Origin: Patescibacteria group bacterium | GTDB taxonomy: Bacteria > Patescibacteriota > Kazan-3B-28 | Direction: 5' to 3' | DNA: 64,000 nt | Assembly (NCBI GenBank): GCA_041649135.1 | Contig: JBAZNQ010000001.1 | Span: 227,037-291,036, forward strand | In this document: one piece after another, positions 18,991 through 28,110 of the stretch | How positions within the stretch are numbered: position 1 is the stretch's first letter | Layout: each line of letters starts with the position of its first letter | Program-made: the position numbers and the translations under genes | The notes under the pieces: model-generated | The model's database searches: none | What the model saw: the letters and a program-made list of their open reading frames with translations, nothing else | What the model was told of the DNA's origin: nothing

Positions 18991-19782
18991 CTACCGATCG
19001 AGCGCCAGCCTGATAAATTCCTCTACCTGCCGATATGCCGCCGGAGACATTCCACCAATATCAGCGTGGTCTTTCATCACCCGTAAAATCTTACCGCGAG
19101 GGAAAATATCTTTAAAATCCAACTCATTAGTCTGCCTAATAAATTTATCTCTCACATCATCTCTAACATTTAGTAACAGCGCTGGCGGTTCCAACAATCT
19201 TTTTTTCACCAACCAATCGCGTTGCAACACATCTCCCGCCATCCACAACGCATTCAGAGTTTGGCGAAAAGTGTTGTCTCGAGCGTAAATCGTCATCCAC
19301 TGTACTGGCCATCGCCAGATCCAGCGCATAATTCTTACCATCCAGATAAACACTCGCCTCGCATATTGATCTACCGTCGAGCCAAAATCTAGTTGAAATT
19401 GAGAAATCGGAGTTAGATTCTCTGGCTCAAACGGACTGGATAATGCCACCAAACACTTCACTCCCATATTCAATCGCCGCTTGCGCCAATATCGTAACAA
19501 CAAATATGCCAACGTTCCTCCAAATGACACCCCAACCAACACCACCCGCTTGTAATACAGCTGTTTAATCGTCGTTGTGATCCGTTCGTAAAATTTAAAA
19601 ATATCGAACTTATCTTCTGGATAATGAAACGCAAACACATCCCCAAATTTGGCGAACATTTCTATTTCCTTATCCAAATCCTCATAAGTCGGGATCAGCC
19701 CTGGGAAAATCAATATCGCCGTCCCTGCGCGACGCTTACTTTTTTTCCGAATCAAGCTCAAACAATCAAATTCCTCTGCCAT
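18991..19782 (-). CDS. Alpha/beta-hydrolase fold protein
   Basis: GxSxG nucleophile elbow (GVSFGG). About 260 aa. Confidence 0.55.
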   Translation of the reverse strand: MAEEFDCLSLIRKKSKRRAGTAILIFPGLIPTYEDLDKEIEMFAKFGDVFAFHYPEDKFDIFKFYERITTTIKQLYYKRVVLVGVSFGGTLAYLLLRYWRKRRLNMGVKCLVALSSPFEPENLTPISQFQLDFGSTVDQYARRVFIWMVRIMRWIWRWPVQWMTIYARDNTFRQTLNALWMAGDVLQRDWLVKKRLLEPPALLLNVRDDVRDKFIRQTNELDFKDIFPRGKILRVMKDHADIGGMSPAAYRQVEEFIRLALDR

Positions 19783-19806
19783 TAAATTTATTTTAACTAA
19801 CCTCGG

Positions 19807-20727
19807 CTAACTCACCACGCCTTTTTCATCCACCATTCTCACTTCTGTCTCCAAAGTAACTTTGCTGTCGCGCTTTACTTGGGCTTGAACCATCCGCGCT
19901 AGTTGTTTTATGTCTTTCGCAGTCGCACCACCAGTATTGATAATAAAATTCGGATGCTTAGTTGAGATCTGCGCTCCACCGGTTTTCTTTCCCCGCCATC
20001 CCGCCGCATCAATTAGCTTCCAGACTGCTATTCCCGACGGATTTTTAAAAAAACTCCCGGCCGATGGCTGATGCGGGTGCTTGTGCCACCGCTCCATCCG
20101 CTCGGCTTCGATCGCCTTTAACACCACCGATTTTTTCACCGGGCTCACTTTCATTTTCACTTCCGTTACTATCCAATTTGGTTTTGCTTTGCATAAAGAA
20201 TTCCGATATGAAAATTTCAATTGCTTTGGCAATAATACTTTCTCTTTGCCGGTTTTCATATCAAAAACCATTGCCGAAATTACATATTCACCGATCCCCT
20301 TGCCGTAACATCCGGCATTCCCAACTACTCCACCGCCCACACTCCCCGGGATATTCGCCAAAAAATCTATTCCTCCCAAATTTTTATTTGCCAAATCCCG
20401 CACTAACTTTTGCAACCGACATCCAGCATCCACCACCACTTGACGTTTATCGACTTTAATTTGGTCTGCCAAATTATGTACTATCACCCCCCGAAATCCC
20501 TGATCAGAAAACACCAAATTGCTTCCACCAGCGATCACAAAATAATTTAATTTTAGTTTCCGAATTACTTTCAACACTTCAATTAATTGCGCCTTCGTTT
20601 TTGCCTCGACTACCACATCCGCCACCCCACCTACTTTCATGGTGGTCAATCTCTTGATCGGGAAATTTCTTCTCGTTTTTCCCGAGAAGCTCTGCGTCAG
20701 CTCCAAATATGCTTTATTCGTGCGCAT
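19807..20727 (-). CDS. murB: UDP-N-acetylenolpyruvoylglucosamine reductase
   Basis: FAD-binding N-domain (KVGGVADVVV…AGGSNLVF) and the MurB C-terminal domain. Confidence 0.85.
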   Translation of the reverse strand: MRTNKAYLELTQSFSGKTRRNFPIKRLTTMKVGGVADVVVEAKTKAQLIEVLKVIRKLKLNYFVIAGGSNLVFSDQGFRGVIVHNLADQIKVDKRQVVVDAGCRLQKLVRDLANKNLGGIDFLANIPGSVGGGVVGNAGCYGKGIGEYVISAMVFDMKTGKEKVLLPKQLKFSYRNSLCKAKPNWIVTEVKMKVSPVKKSVVLKAIEAERMERWHKHPHQPSAGSFFKNPSGIAVWKLIDAAGWRGKKTGGAQISTKHPNFIINTGGATAKDIKQLARMVQAQVKRDSKVTLETEVRMVDEKGVVS

Positions 20728-21469
20728 ACACTCGCATCAGTAGTACCAATACCCCCAAACCAACCAACATCGCCAAGATCTGCCCCCACCGTTCATTCGT
20801 TTTACTATGAGCCCGAATTTCACCCATCAAATCCACCAAAGCGATATACATCAGTCCACCCGCCCCCACCGCTACAAAATACGGCACTAATCTCTCTACT
20901 CCGCTTAAGAAAAAGTAACCGAATAAACCGCCGACCATTGCCGTCAATGCCGACACCAAGTTCCATCCCAACGCCTGCGCTGGTTTGAACCCGCTATGAA
21001 CCAAGACCGCATAATCACCCAGCTCCTGTGGCACTTCGTGAATAATGACCGCCAAAGTTGTTGTCATACCCAAAATCGGACTTACCATAAACGCCGAGGC
21101 GATTAACACCCCATCCAAAAAATTATGCATCCCATCCACCAGCAATATCGAATAACCAGTTACTTTTTTTGGTTTACAATCATCACAATCGTGTCGATGT
21201 TCATGATGTAAATGTAATACTTGTTCAAACAACAAGAACACCAACAAACCACCCAAAATATAGGCTGACGCCACTTCCCCTAACATTGCAAAGCTCTCCG
21301 GTACTAAATCAAAAAAACTGACCGCCAGCAACGCACCGGTCGCAAACCCCACCATCAGTGGCAACCATCGCTCCACTCGCTTTTTTTGCCACAGCAAATA
21401 CACCGCTCCAACCAGCGAGACTAACCCTACCACCACCAAGCTCACCAAAATCCAACCCAAAATTGCCAT
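20714..21469 (-). CDS. zupT: ZIP family metal cation transporter (ZupT-like)
   Basis: His-rich loop HHEHRHDCDDC and the ZIP signature HEVPQELGDYAVL. Confidence 0.8.
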   Translation of the reverse strand: MAILGWILVSLVVVGLVSLVGAVYLLWQKKRVERWLPLMVGFATGALLAVSFFDLVPESFAMLGEVASAYILGGLLVFLLFEQVLHLHHEHRHDCDDCKPKKVTGYSILLVDGMHNFLDGVLIASAFMVSPILGMTTTLAVIIHEVPQELGDYAVLVHSGFKPAQALGWNLVSALTAMVGGLFGYFFLSGVERLVPYFVAVGAGGLMYIALVDLMGEIRAHSKTNERWGQILAMLVGLGVLVLLMRVYAHE

Positions 21470-21528
21470 AACCTAATTATGACACAACCAGTCAAGCGAC
21501 CTTATTATTTCGTCACCTCCCGTTTTTT

Positions 21529-21571
21529 GTCATTGCGAGAAAGCCGTTCGGACTCGGCTGACGAAGCAATC
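21529..21571. repeat. Short palindromic element (GTCATTGCGAG … GACGAAGCAATC)
   Basis: Same termini as the copies at 3549-3580 and 27909-28066. Confidence 0.5.
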
Positions 21572-21580
21572 TCATCTCAC

Positions 21581-22033
21581 CTATCTTGCCCGATATAGCC
21601 TTACCGCCGCAATCAACGCCAGCGTAAAAACCACTGCCCCCACCAAACAAGTGGTAAATTGGGGAATCCCAAAGTAACCAGCGCTACAACCCAAATCACA
21701 AGCTTCGCTAGTATAAAGTTTGGCTAGTGTATAACTGTAATTACCCCAACCGAACATTGTCCCCGCCACCAACAACCAAATTAATCGGAACTGACTTACA
21801 GCATTATAATTCGCGCGCAATTTGGCTGTCCAAACCAATGCAATAATAAAAAATATCAATCCCCAAAAACATGGTGTAGCCAACGGATTAATTAATCCAT
21901 CGGGAATTCTAAACTGTGTCCACGTCCCGCCCTGCGCCAAATACCGCTGTGCAATTAAGACCGTATTGTATCCCGCGAAAATTACCCCAAATGTCAGAAT
22001 ATAACTCTGCAAAATCAATAATTCCTTTTTCAT
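21581..22033 (-). CDS. Hypothetical 4-TM membrane protein with conserved cysteines (DsbB/VKOR-like?)
   Basis: Four hydrophobic helices, a CxxxC in a loop and additional Cys. The family assignment is tentative. Confidence 0.35.
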   Translation of the reverse strand: MKKELLILQSYILTFGVIFAGYNTVLIAQRYLAQGGTWTQFRIPDGLINPLATPCFWGLIFFIIALVWTAKLRANYNAVSQFRLIWLLVAGTMFGWGNYSYTLAKLYTSEACDLGCSAGYFGIPQFTTCLVGAVVFTLALIAAVRLYRAR

Positions 22034-22188
22034 ATCTTGTAGAATAATTTAGCAATATATTCTTTCTGTTCGACATCTCCGGTCAACTTACAAACTAGCA
22101 ACTACCCCCACATCTTCTAGTCAACATCACCGCAGATATTTTTAGACGAACAGTACTAAATTTCTCTACGGAGCATATCCCCAGTATA

Positions 22189-22218
22189 ACAAAACGGCGA
22201 ATCTTCGCCGTTTTGTTG
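22189..22218. terminator. Bidirectional terminator hairpin AACAAAACGGCG-aatctt-CGCCGTTTTGTT
   Basis: 12-bp perfect stem with A/T runs built into the stem ends. It bounds the accessory island. Confidence 0.5.
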
Positions 22219-22378
22219 TTATATAAGTTCAACTGAAGAAATAACTATTTCTTCTTCTTATTCTTCTTCTCCTTCTTCTTCTTTGGTGCCATGTCTTAAG
22301 TCCCCATAACTTATCTGGTATAACCCTTTAATTATTGGCTCTGTACCGTACAAGTCAAGAATCCATTTTGGGGACAAC

Positions 22379-23221
22379 TTACCTAGATGGCACGATCACA
22401 AACCTCTCCGCCAGCGTAATAGCGTATCTTACAAATTCCAGCGTCTCCAGATATCGTTTTTGGTCTGCTGGCTGATGGATAGAAATATCAGGATCTTGAC
22501 GCTCATTCCAGCAGTAATCGATCAGATCTGCCCAGTTATGGTCCAGATTCTCCTTCGCCCAAATCATACCCGTCAATTTGGAATCGATCGTACTAGTATG
22601 GAGGTCGTGCAACATCCGACAATAATTTAGCACCAGATAAGACTGATAGAACCGATTATTGATCTCGTCGGGATTGTTAAATATGACCCGCCCCCAACCC
22701 AACATGGTATTGCGGATCTCTCTCCTCAAATCGTTGGGATCAACTGGATTTGTGATACCACTAGCAGGTGGTCCAGCGATCGCAATGCCTTTGTTATACA
22801 GGGTCCACCGTGTTACTAACGTATTACAGTGATCATTTTTCTCAATAGTTTGGCTGCCATTATCGAAATACCACAGTTTTTCATTATCTTCATTCACTCC
22901 AGATTCAGTAAATGGAGACGACGATTGTTGTAATAATAGCAACGGGAAAAATGAATATTCCAAATGCTTCGCCCATTTCGTCTTCAGTTGATAAATATCG
23001 TCATGAATAGCTTGCACCTTTTTAACTTCACTTTCCGACAACTCGTTTTTCACAACCACAATAAAATCCACATCGCTAGTTTGATCAAAACCACCAGTCG
23101 CCAACGATCCTTGCAGATAGTAACCGACAAAATTATCGCCTAATCCAACCTGCAACATTTTTGCATGTTGAATAAAAAGTTCATCCAATTCGGGATAGTC
23201 CGTATATTTCTTTGATTCCAT
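22379..23221 (-). CDS. Aminoglycoside/lincosamide nucleotidyltransferase-like protein (AadA/ANT(3'')(9) family)
   Basis: Pol-beta NTase motif YLQGSLATGGFDQTSDVDFIVVV and IHDDI parallel the AadA/ANT(9) YGSAVDGG…SDIDLLVTV…HDDI motifs. Length (280 aa) fits an AadA-type protein with a C-terminal DUF4111-like domain. Confidence 0.7.
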   Translation of the reverse strand: MESKKYTDYPELDELFIQHAKMLQVGLGDNFVGYYLQGSLATGGFDQTSDVDFIVVVKNELSESEVKKVQAIHDDIYQLKTKWAKHLEYSFFPLLLLQQSSSPFTESGVNEDNEKLWYFDNGSQTIEKNDHCNTLVTRWTLYNKGIAIAGPPASGITNPVDPNDLRREIRNTMLGWGRVIFNNPDEINNRFYQSYLVLNYCRMLHDLHTSTIDSKLTGMIWAKENLDHNWADLIDYCWNERQDPDISIHQPADQKRYLETLEFVRYAITLAERFVIVPSR

Positions 23222-23323
23222 ATAACTATGTGCTTCTGGCCGAGTGTCTCAAGCTGGAACTTTTGGAAAGACAAACCCAGACAGCTATATTTCAGCTAGT
23301 TTTGTGACACCATCCCAAGTCAA

Positions 23324-23701
23324 CTAGCGCGGATAAATAATCCCTGCCCTTCCTTGCTGACCAGACGGAGTATAACACTTGTCGCACTCAAAGCACTTCC
23401 AGCCGTCACCCCATTCTTGAAGTCGTATCCTTTTACGCGAACCATCAAGACATTTCTGACAAAAAGGCACCGGATCGTCTTCTTTCCAATAAAGACCATC
23501 TTTCAAGTCAAAGTCTTGTGATGCTTCTAGTTGAAGCTTAATAATTTGGTTCTCTTCTTTTAGCGCGATATTCTCGTCCTTAAGAGCGACAATATACTCT
23601 CGTAGGCTTACGATTTTTTCTTGCAAATCAAGAGTAGCGGCTTTTTTCACTAACTCTGTCAATGACTCCAGAATTGATTTTACCTCTGTAAAATTCATCA
23701 T
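23324..23701 (-). CDS. Hypothetical coiled-coil protein with a C-terminal C4 zinc ribbon
   Basis: Heptad-rich N-terminal half. CQKC…CFECDKC. Confidence 0.45.
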   Translation of the reverse strand: MMNFTEVKSILESLTELVKKAATLDLQEKIVSLREYIVALKDENIALKEENQIIKLQLEASQDFDLKDGLYWKEDDPVPFCQKCLDGSRKRIRLQEWGDGWKCFECDKCYTPSGQQGRAGIIYPR

Positions 23702-23891
23702 GAATAATCTCCCATTATTTTAATTTTAGCCACTTATCAAAAACAGCTTCTCGAGCGGAACAACCTATCTCTCTTTGGCTGGGCAGACGGGTTGAGATTG
23801 CCACCCAAAGGAGATAATTTAGAGGTTCTGACAAGATCGGGAGAGGGACTGGTTTATTGTAGAACCTGAGGGCAAACAAGCCAACATTCTG

Positions 23892-24722
23892 CTATTTTTT
23901 CGGCTCAGGATTTGGCTTTTCAAGCTCACAGACCAGAGACACAATCTTGGGATATTTTAGGTCATCGTTAAACAGAACCCGATAGTAATGCTGTCTATGT
24001 AATTCTCTCTCCACTGAGTCAGTAATATAGGCAACATACTTTCCGAAATAGGTTGAGCTACCTGGGTTAAACAAGTTGAAAAATAGTTTATACTCTTTAT
24101 TCCTCGAGCGCCCCGCTAACTGTTTACGGTAGACGTAAATATTATCTTCTTGCCCACTGGCGGGGTACATCTCAGATGAACCACCCTTAACTTTGCTCGT
24201 AGCCACCGCACTTTCACGGAATCCCCAATCTTTTTTCTTAAGAGATTGCTTGGCTGCAGATTTAGCGGATTTATCTACGCTCTTCAGGATTGGGCTTGTT
24301 TTACCTTTATTCCAATGAATTTCCGTCCGAACACCAGTTTTGTATTTGACCGATAAATATTCTTTCCATAAATCTGGGTTCTCGATTGGTCGCCCTGAAG
24401 CATTGCGGTATCCAGCTTTTCTCCATGCCTCAGCTCTATTCTGGTTGTTGCTGACATATTCAGAATCGGTGAATATTAAAACTCTACCTATATCCACGCC
24501 AGCCAAATGCTCTCGAACCCATCTCATGGCTTTAATACAAGCCATCAGCTCCGCCCGACTGATATTGGTTTTATCAAATCCCTCGTTAAAGATCTCCTGA
24601 TCCTCTGTCATCCAGGAATCAGGGTATTCCACCCAACCAGCAATACCGCCTACGCCACCAGGATTGTTATAGGCAGATCCATCAATGTAGATTTTTAGAG
24701 CGTGTGGGTCATAAATAGCCAT
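23892..24722 (-). CDS. RNase H (type 1) domain fused to a ~125-aa C-terminal domain of unknown function
   Basis: IYIDGS (Asp), RAELMA (Glu) and IFTDSEYV (Asp) catalytic triad region, then W-KGK and a later Asp. The C-terminal half has no recognisable family. Confidence 0.65.
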   Translation of the reverse strand: MAIYDPHALKIYIDGSAYNNPGGVGGIAGWVEYPDSWMTEDQEIFNEGFDKTNISRAELMACIKAMRWVREHLAGVDIGRVLIFTDSEYVSNNQNRAEAWRKAGYRNASGRPIENPDLWKEYLSVKYKTGVRTEIHWNKGKTSPILKSVDKSAKSAAKQSLKKKDWGFRESAVATSKVKGGSSEMYPASGQEDNIYVYRKQLAGRSRNKEYKLFFNLFNPGSSTYFGKYVAYITDSVERELHRQHYYRVLFNDDLKYPKIVSLVCELEKPNPEPKK

Positions 24723-24821
24723 AGCCCTACACTTTAGCTCAAAATACCACTCTTTGCGAATGGTCAGACAGGGAGATAGGCTTACTACAGCATCTAGACA
24801 TTAGCTGAGACAATGGTGTTT

Positions 24822-25469
24822 CTATTTAATTCTTCTCTCTGCTTCGGCAAAATGTTTTTCTATTGTTTTTATATCAGAAATTATGTCAGTAATAACCTCA
24901 TAATTAACCCATTCGTAAGGTTCACGAACTTGATACACGCCCCCACCAGATTTCTTTTGTTTTAGCCGCTCGGGAAATCTTTCTTTCTCGTTCAATCTGT
25001 CAGGATGTTTTTTATCCTTTCTTTCGGGGTCATAGGTTCCATAATAATATTTTTCAATAGTAGACCAAGTCGCATTACGTAAATCAAGTAGGATATTGTA
25101 ATTGTTCTTATGTTTATTTTTTGCCTCTATAATAACCAGCTCGAACAATACTTTCAAATCATGACTTGCCCCATACTGACTGTGGATATTGATGTTCCCA
25201 AGTCCTTTCAACCACAGCTCAATTCCTTGTTTAAAATTAAAAATAATCGGCCAAATCAACTCATAATTAGAATGCCCTGAACGGAATCCTAATTTCCTAA
25301 AAATACTGCGGCTCGTATCATTAAGGTCAGAGTGTGACAAAAAATCACTACGCGGACATATCTCTTGTGCTGTATGCAATGCATTCGCAAGATAAGCTTG
25401 TGGCATAACTAGCCAATGATAACGTTTTCCTTTATTACTCTTTTGTAACCTGGGTAGTTTTGATGGCAT
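24822..25469 (-). CDS. Hypothetical protein
   Basis: 215-aa ORF in the accessory island. No recognised motif. Confidence 0.45.
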   Translation of the reverse strand: MPSKLPRLQKSNKGKRYHWLVMPQAYLANALHTAQEICPRSDFLSHSDLNDTSRSIFRKLGFRSGHSNYELIWPIIFNFKQGIELWLKGLGNINIHSQYGASHDLKVLFELVIIEAKNKHKNNYNILLDLRNATWSTIEKYYYGTYDPERKDKKHPDRLNEKERFPERLKQKKSGGGVYQVREPYEWVNYEVITDIISDIKTIEKHFAEAERRIK

Positions 25470-25509
25470 AAATCATAGGGGGTATAATCGTCTTTCTTTG
25501 TCTGGGTTT

Positions 25510-25992
25510 TCATTCTCCAATATACCCATAATGTTTTAAATAATTTGCAATTGCATAGGGATCCGGGAAAGAATCTACCGACTTTCTATTTTGGACTACC
25601 GAAATCCAACACGACTTTTTTGCATCTTGATCGAACCAAGGATCCGCAGTCGCATACTGAAGATAGACCACCAACAGAACAACCTGATTAAGATTCTCTT
25701 CTTTCGCTCGCTTAAAGATTGGCTCTGTTTTCTTTTCCTCTTCTTCAATTTGTTTTACACCCTCTTCCGATAGAGCAAATTTTGAATTCAAAATAAATCT
25801 AGCCCAAGCTTTGGCATCAGCAACTTTTTCAATTTGTTCGAAAAAGCGTTGATACTCAACTGGTTTTCTTCGTAGTTCGTTTAAATACTCGTCTGTCTCT
25901 GTCCCAAAAAGTTTAGATAAAAATCCCATAACAATAAAATTTAATTTATCAACCCATTTTATTTGACTAGGCACACGGGTCGCTTGACTCAT
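25510..25992 (-). CDS. Hypothetical protein
   Basis: 160-aa ORF immediately downstream of tRNA-Gln. No recognised motif. Confidence 0.45.
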   Translation of the reverse strand: MSQATRVPSQIKWVDKLNFIVMGFLSKLFGTETDEYLNELRRKPVEYQRFFEQIEKVADAKAWARFILNSKFALSEEGVKQIEEEEKKTEPIFKRAKEENLNQVVLLVVYLQYATADPWFDQDAKKSCWISVVQNRKSVDSFPDPYAIANYLKHYGYIGE

Positions 25993-26000
25993 GCACCTTC

Positions 26001-26075
26001 TGGCTGGGGCGGCAGGGATCGGACCTGCGAATCACGGGACCAAAACCCGTTGCCTTACCACTTGGCTACGCCCCA
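26001..26075 (-). tRNA. tRNA-Gln (anticodon UUG), CCA encoded
   Basis: Reverse complement reads UGGGGCGUAGCCAAGUGGUAAGGCAACGGGUUUUGGUCCCGUGAUUCGCAGGUCCGAUCCCUGCCGCCCCAGCCA. 7-bp acceptor stem with U1-A72, anticodon loop UUUUGGU, T-arm GCAGG/CCUGC, 3' GCCA. Resembles E. coli tRNA-Gln (UGGGG…CCCCAGCCA). Confidence 0.85.
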
Positions 26076-26175
26076 TCAATATCTAGATTATACCTTACTG
26101 CGACCAATAATTTAGCCCCACCTTGGTCATGGACAGCCATAGGGACAAGCTGTATCATAACGGCATCTCGGCAAC

Positions 26176-26403
26176 TTGCCAATGGAGCATAGAATGAACC
26201 TTTTCACTAGTGTCACCCTGATTGATCTGGGCATCTGTACCGCAGTAGGGTTGGGCTTGTTCTGGACACATGATCCCAACGTATTATGGGCACTGCTCAT
26301 AATTTTATGGGTTGGCGGCGAATGTACCCCCAGACCAACCCATGCCACCTGTCCCAAATGTAGTCATTTCTTCGCCTTGAAAGAGTCGAAGACAAAAGAC
26401 TAA
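26176..26403 (+). CDS. Hypothetical small membrane protein with a C-terminal CPKC
   Basis: One or two TM segments. Followed by a good plus-strand terminator. Confidence 0.35.
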   Translation: MPMEHRMNLFTSVTLIDLGICTAVGLGLFWTHDPNVLWALLIILWVGGECTPRPTHATCPKCSHFFALKESKTKD

Positions 26404-26447
26404 GACGATGAATAGTTGTCAAACAGGACCCAAACAAACCAGTAGAG

Positions 26448-26477
26448 GCGTCTAAATCACAATTTAGACGCTTTTTT
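26448..26477 (+). terminator. Rho-independent terminator GCGTCTAAA-loop-TTTAGACGC followed by T6
   Basis: 9-bp stem and a TTTTTT run. Confidence 0.55.
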
Positions 26478-26484
26478 ATACCCC

Positions 26485-26513
26485 TTGACACTCCTTCCCT
26501 CTCTTAGTATCAT
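26485..26513 (+). promoter_or_regulatory. Sigma70-like promoter (TTGACA, 17 nt spacer, TATCAT) upstream of the ArsR-family gene
   Basis: Consensus -35, 17-nt spacer and a -10 with a 5/6 match. Confidence 0.4.
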
Positions 26514-26587
26514 TTAGACAGTTGACTAAATATCTAATTATATTACCCACCCGCTAATTCCTAGTCCCTAACCCCTAATTCCTAGTT

Positions 26588-26851
26588 ATGAGTGCTGTTT
26601 CCAAAGCCTTTCAAGCCTTATCTGACCCAACCCGACGGGACATTCTTCAACTATTAAAAAAACACGATATGACACCCAGCGAATTGACCATCCACTTCCC
26701 TATCTCCGGTCCCTCCCTCTCTCACCATTTAAGTGTTTTAAAACAAGCCAACCTCATCACCGCTGAAAAACATGGCCAAAACATTCTCTACTCAATTAAC
26801 ACCACCGTCTTCTACGATATTATTAATGGCTTCATGGAAAGTTTTAAATGA
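26588..26851 (+). CDS. ArsR/SmtB-family HTH transcriptional regulator (SdpR-like)
   Basis: LSDPTRRDILQLL…LSHHLSVLKQANLI signature. Confidence 0.75.
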   Translation: MSAVSKAFQALSDPTRRDILQLLKKHDMTPSELTIHFPISGPSLSHHLSVLKQANLITAEKHGQNILYSINTTVFYDIINGFMESFK

Positions 26852-26893
26852 AGCCCCTCCGACCTAATCGGAGGTCCAAACCGAAACAAGAAA

Positions 26894-27181
26894 ATGACTA
26901 ATTCATATGTATATATCACAACCACTCAAATTAACGGAACGCTCTATGTCGGAGCAACTGGAAACCTAAAGAATCGTGTCTATCATCATCGGCTAGAAAA
27001 TCTAAACCATTTTACAAATAAACACAGGGTTGACCGATTAGTTTATTACGAGATACACCTCACGCCAGAAAGCGCATTTGCCCGAGAAAAACAACTCAAG
27101 AAATGGAACCGTAGCTGGAAAATAAAACTCATTGAAACAAAAAACCCAAGCTGGAAAGATTTATATCAAGATTTTTGTTAA
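26894..27181 (+). CDS. GIY-YIG nuclease family protein (YhbQ/UPF0213-like, 95 aa)
   Basis: YVYI…NGTLYVGATGNLKNRVYHH GIY-YIG core, then the conserved Glu and the LKKW motif. Confidence 0.8.
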   Translation: MTNSYVYITTTQINGTLYVGATGNLKNRVYHHRLENLNHFTNKHRVDRLVYYEIHLTPESAFAREKQLKKWNRSWKIKLIETKNPSWKDLYQDFC

Positions 27182-27240
27182 TGTTTGGATCCCCGATGTC
27201 GATGCTTCGCATCGGCTCGAGGACGAAAGGACTATCGATG

Positions 27241-27897
27241 CAAAAAATTCAGTTCACATTCAAGACCGAATGGCTGTCAGTACTATTAATCGTTGCCGTC
27301 GTTATTGCCGCCATTTGGGCATACCCCCTACTGCCCGACCAAGTGCCATCACACTGGGGTGTCAACGGACAAGTTGACGGCTGGACTACTCCATTAGGTC
27401 ATGTCTTGATGTTCCCCGGCATGATGATCGGAATGTACCTGCTATTTCTGATCCTGCCCCACATCGAACCACGCCGTCAGCACTTCATTGAATCATGGGG
27501 ATTTTATCAGATGATCCGTAACTTTATGATGGTGTTCTTCACTTTTATGTACGGATTAACTACTTACGCCGCTATTACAGCTAGTGAAGTCGCTGTTGGC
27601 AAGATTGTCCCCATTTCTATCGGCATCCTGTTCGTCTTCATCGGCAATTACTTAACTCAAGTAAAATCCAACTTCTTTATGGGCATCCGCACGCCTTGGA
27701 CATTAGACAGCGAAGACAACTGGCAAAAAACCCACCGCTTGGGCGCTTATACCTTCGCCTTCGGCGGTGTGTTATTCTTGCTCTCACCATTACTGCCAAC
27801 TCCATTTAATTTCTACATTCCGATGGTTGGTGTCGCTCTCGCTGGTGGGTTACCGATTCTGATGTCCTTCATCTGGTTTAAACAAGGTAATAAATAA
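27241..27897 (+). CDS. SdpI/YhfL family membrane protein (DUF1648 plus SdpI domains)
   Basis: PSHWGVNGQVDGW (DUF1648) and NFFMGIRTPWTLDSEDNWQKTHR (SdpI motif). The track ORF starts at 27175. The likely start is M at 27241, since the GIY-YIG gene ends at 27181. Confidence 0.7.
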   Translation, partial: QKIQFTFKTEWLSVLLIVAVVIAAIWAYPLLPDQVPSHWGVNGQVDGWTTPLGHVLMFPGMMIGMYLLFLILPHIEPRRQHFIESWGFYQMIRNFMMVFFTFMYGLTTYAAITASEVAVGKIVPISIGILFVFIGNYLTQVKSNFFMGIRTPWTLDSEDNWQKTHRLGAYTFAFGGVLFLLSPLLPTPFNFYIPMVGVALAGGLPILMSFIWFKQGNK

Positions 27898-27908
27898 CCT
27901 CCACCGGC

Positions 27909-28066
27909 CGTCATTGCGAGCAATACAATGACGCCCGCCCGCAACGATTCGCCAGCCCGCAGTAGATACAGCGTTTCTGGCGGGCGTAGCGATTCGGGCA
28001 GGAAGCAATCTCTTACCAGATTACCGCGTCGTCCCTCATCAGTACTTCGGGACTCCTCGCAATGAC
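27909..28066. repeat. Palindromic element (GTCATTGCGAG … GAAGCAATCTC … CTCGCAATGAC)
   Basis: Terminal inverted repeat GTCATTGCGAG/CTCGCAATGAC. Internal GC-rich hairpins. Confidence 0.5.
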
Positions 28067-28110
28067 ATAAAATCACGAACTCCGATTATATAAATTAATA
28101 ACGAAACACC

